From: Piromyces finnis finn
Lineage: Eukaryota; Fungi; Neocallimastigomycota
Direction: 5' to 3'
Assembly (NCBI GenBank): GCA_002104945.1
Contig: MCFH01000084.1
Coordinates: forward strand, 95,191 to 159,190
Length of the DNA stretch: 64,000 bases
Made by a program: the position numbers and the translations under genes. Shown here one piece after another: positions 62,801 through 64,000 of the stretch (positions are counted from its first letter, which is position 1; every line of letters starts with the position of its first letter). Below the pieces are notes generated by a model, which saw nothing but the letters and a program-made list of their open reading frames with translations, was not told the origin of the DNA and did not search any database.

Positions 62801-64000
62801 TTTCCTAAATTCATTACATCTTTTGTGGATGTAATCAATGAGCTTACGGTAGATTTTAATTCTTTTAATAAATTCATCTATATCATAAATTCTTTCTTTT
62901 TAAATCTCTTATACAACTTCATTTTGATTTTTTGGAGATTAAAAATTTGTTGTGAAATATGAAATGAAGACTTTATAACATTATTTGCTGAGGTAATACT
63001 GAGCTCGTCTGCAATTGAAAAAGCAGTTGAAGTAAACTCTTTGGAAAGTTCATCTGTAGAAACATTAGGATCGTTGAATTTTGCTGAAAGTATTTGGAAT
63101 TTATTATGACTGAGAATAGATTCCTTTTCCTCAATACATTTTAATCTATTCTATTTCAGAATTTTCTTAGGAACATTAAAGTCATTAGAAAAATCTTCCA
63201 TAGGAATAATTTTACCATTAATAAGAAGTGGCTTATGGTCTGATACAGGATAAAAATTATTTATAAATGATCCTGAGTGAATAAGATCTTTCATCTTCGA
63301 ATTGATAAGAGCATGGTCAATGTCGGAAGATTGATCACCTCGAGTCCAAGAGATAGTAGACCCTCTAAGCGGAAGAATTTCCCAATCTCCTAATCCATTA
63401 GTTGATAACCAGTTGGATAATTTTACTTTAGACATATTAAAATCACCAACAAGAATCGATGGATGGGATGAATGAGTTTGTAACCACAAGCGAACTTCTA
63501 ACTTTGCATGATCAACATAGATGTTGTGATGACTATGAGGCATATAAACATTTCCAATCGAGCATTTGAATCTATTCCAGAGACTAAAAGTATAAATAGA
63601 AATAATATACTTTCCAGAGAAGTTTTCAAGTGAGGCTTGACACGAATTGTGAAAACCTAAATATAAACCTCTCATTCCCGGAACTGATTCGTCAGCTTTC
63701 TTGAAAAAGTGTCTATAGTTTCGCAAAGTAACACGACAAGGATAATCTGTATTCGATCCAGAACCATTACCAGTTTCTTGGAAACATAAGAATAATGGTT
63801 TGAAAATAGCTGTGAAATAGCTAATACTATCTCTCTTTTCATGATTCCACCCATTGGTGTTCCAACTAAGACAAAAAGAAAAGTTATCAGGCTTGTTGGA
63901 TGAGGAAGAATCGTTGCTATTATTATTATTATTAAAGTCATCGTTATTAATGGATGATGCATCAGAGGAATAAGTAGAACTATTACTAGATGGCTGTGAA
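59803..64000 (-). mobile_element. Family A LINE copy E9 (continues beyond the window)
   Basis: Poly(T) 59803-59837 directly after agcatgagtaga; ORF pieces 60077-62761 and 63151-63726. Confidence 0.95.
60077..64000 (-). pseudogene. Disrupted APE-RT-CCHC ORF of E9
   Basis: 1-bp deletion in a T run near 62900 and a TGG>TAG stop at 63151 break the ORF. Confidence 0.88.

Overview
Very AT-rich eukaryotic DNA. Composition, intronless bacterial-type genes and Piromyces-like XylA/XylB point to an anaerobic gut fungus (Neocallimastigomycota); this is an inference. The window holds two systems. (1) A xylose/xylo-oligosaccharide cluster of bacterial-type genes spread over about 34 kb: two near-identical GPH-family MFS transporters, xylulokinase, xylose isomerase and a signal-peptide-less GH43. 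Both transporters appear to have permuted helices (TM1-5, 8-11, 6-7, 12). (2) A young single-ORF (about 1510 aa, APE endonuclease-RT-CCHC) poly(A) non-LTR retrotransposon, here family A, with 9 full or partial copies. Copies are nested in one another in the same orientation with readable target-site duplications. Two insertions hit the same nucleotide of the element's own 123-124 bp hairpin-rich 5' monomer. An older relative (family B), LINE relics, a long-TIR element and several local repeats fill the rest.
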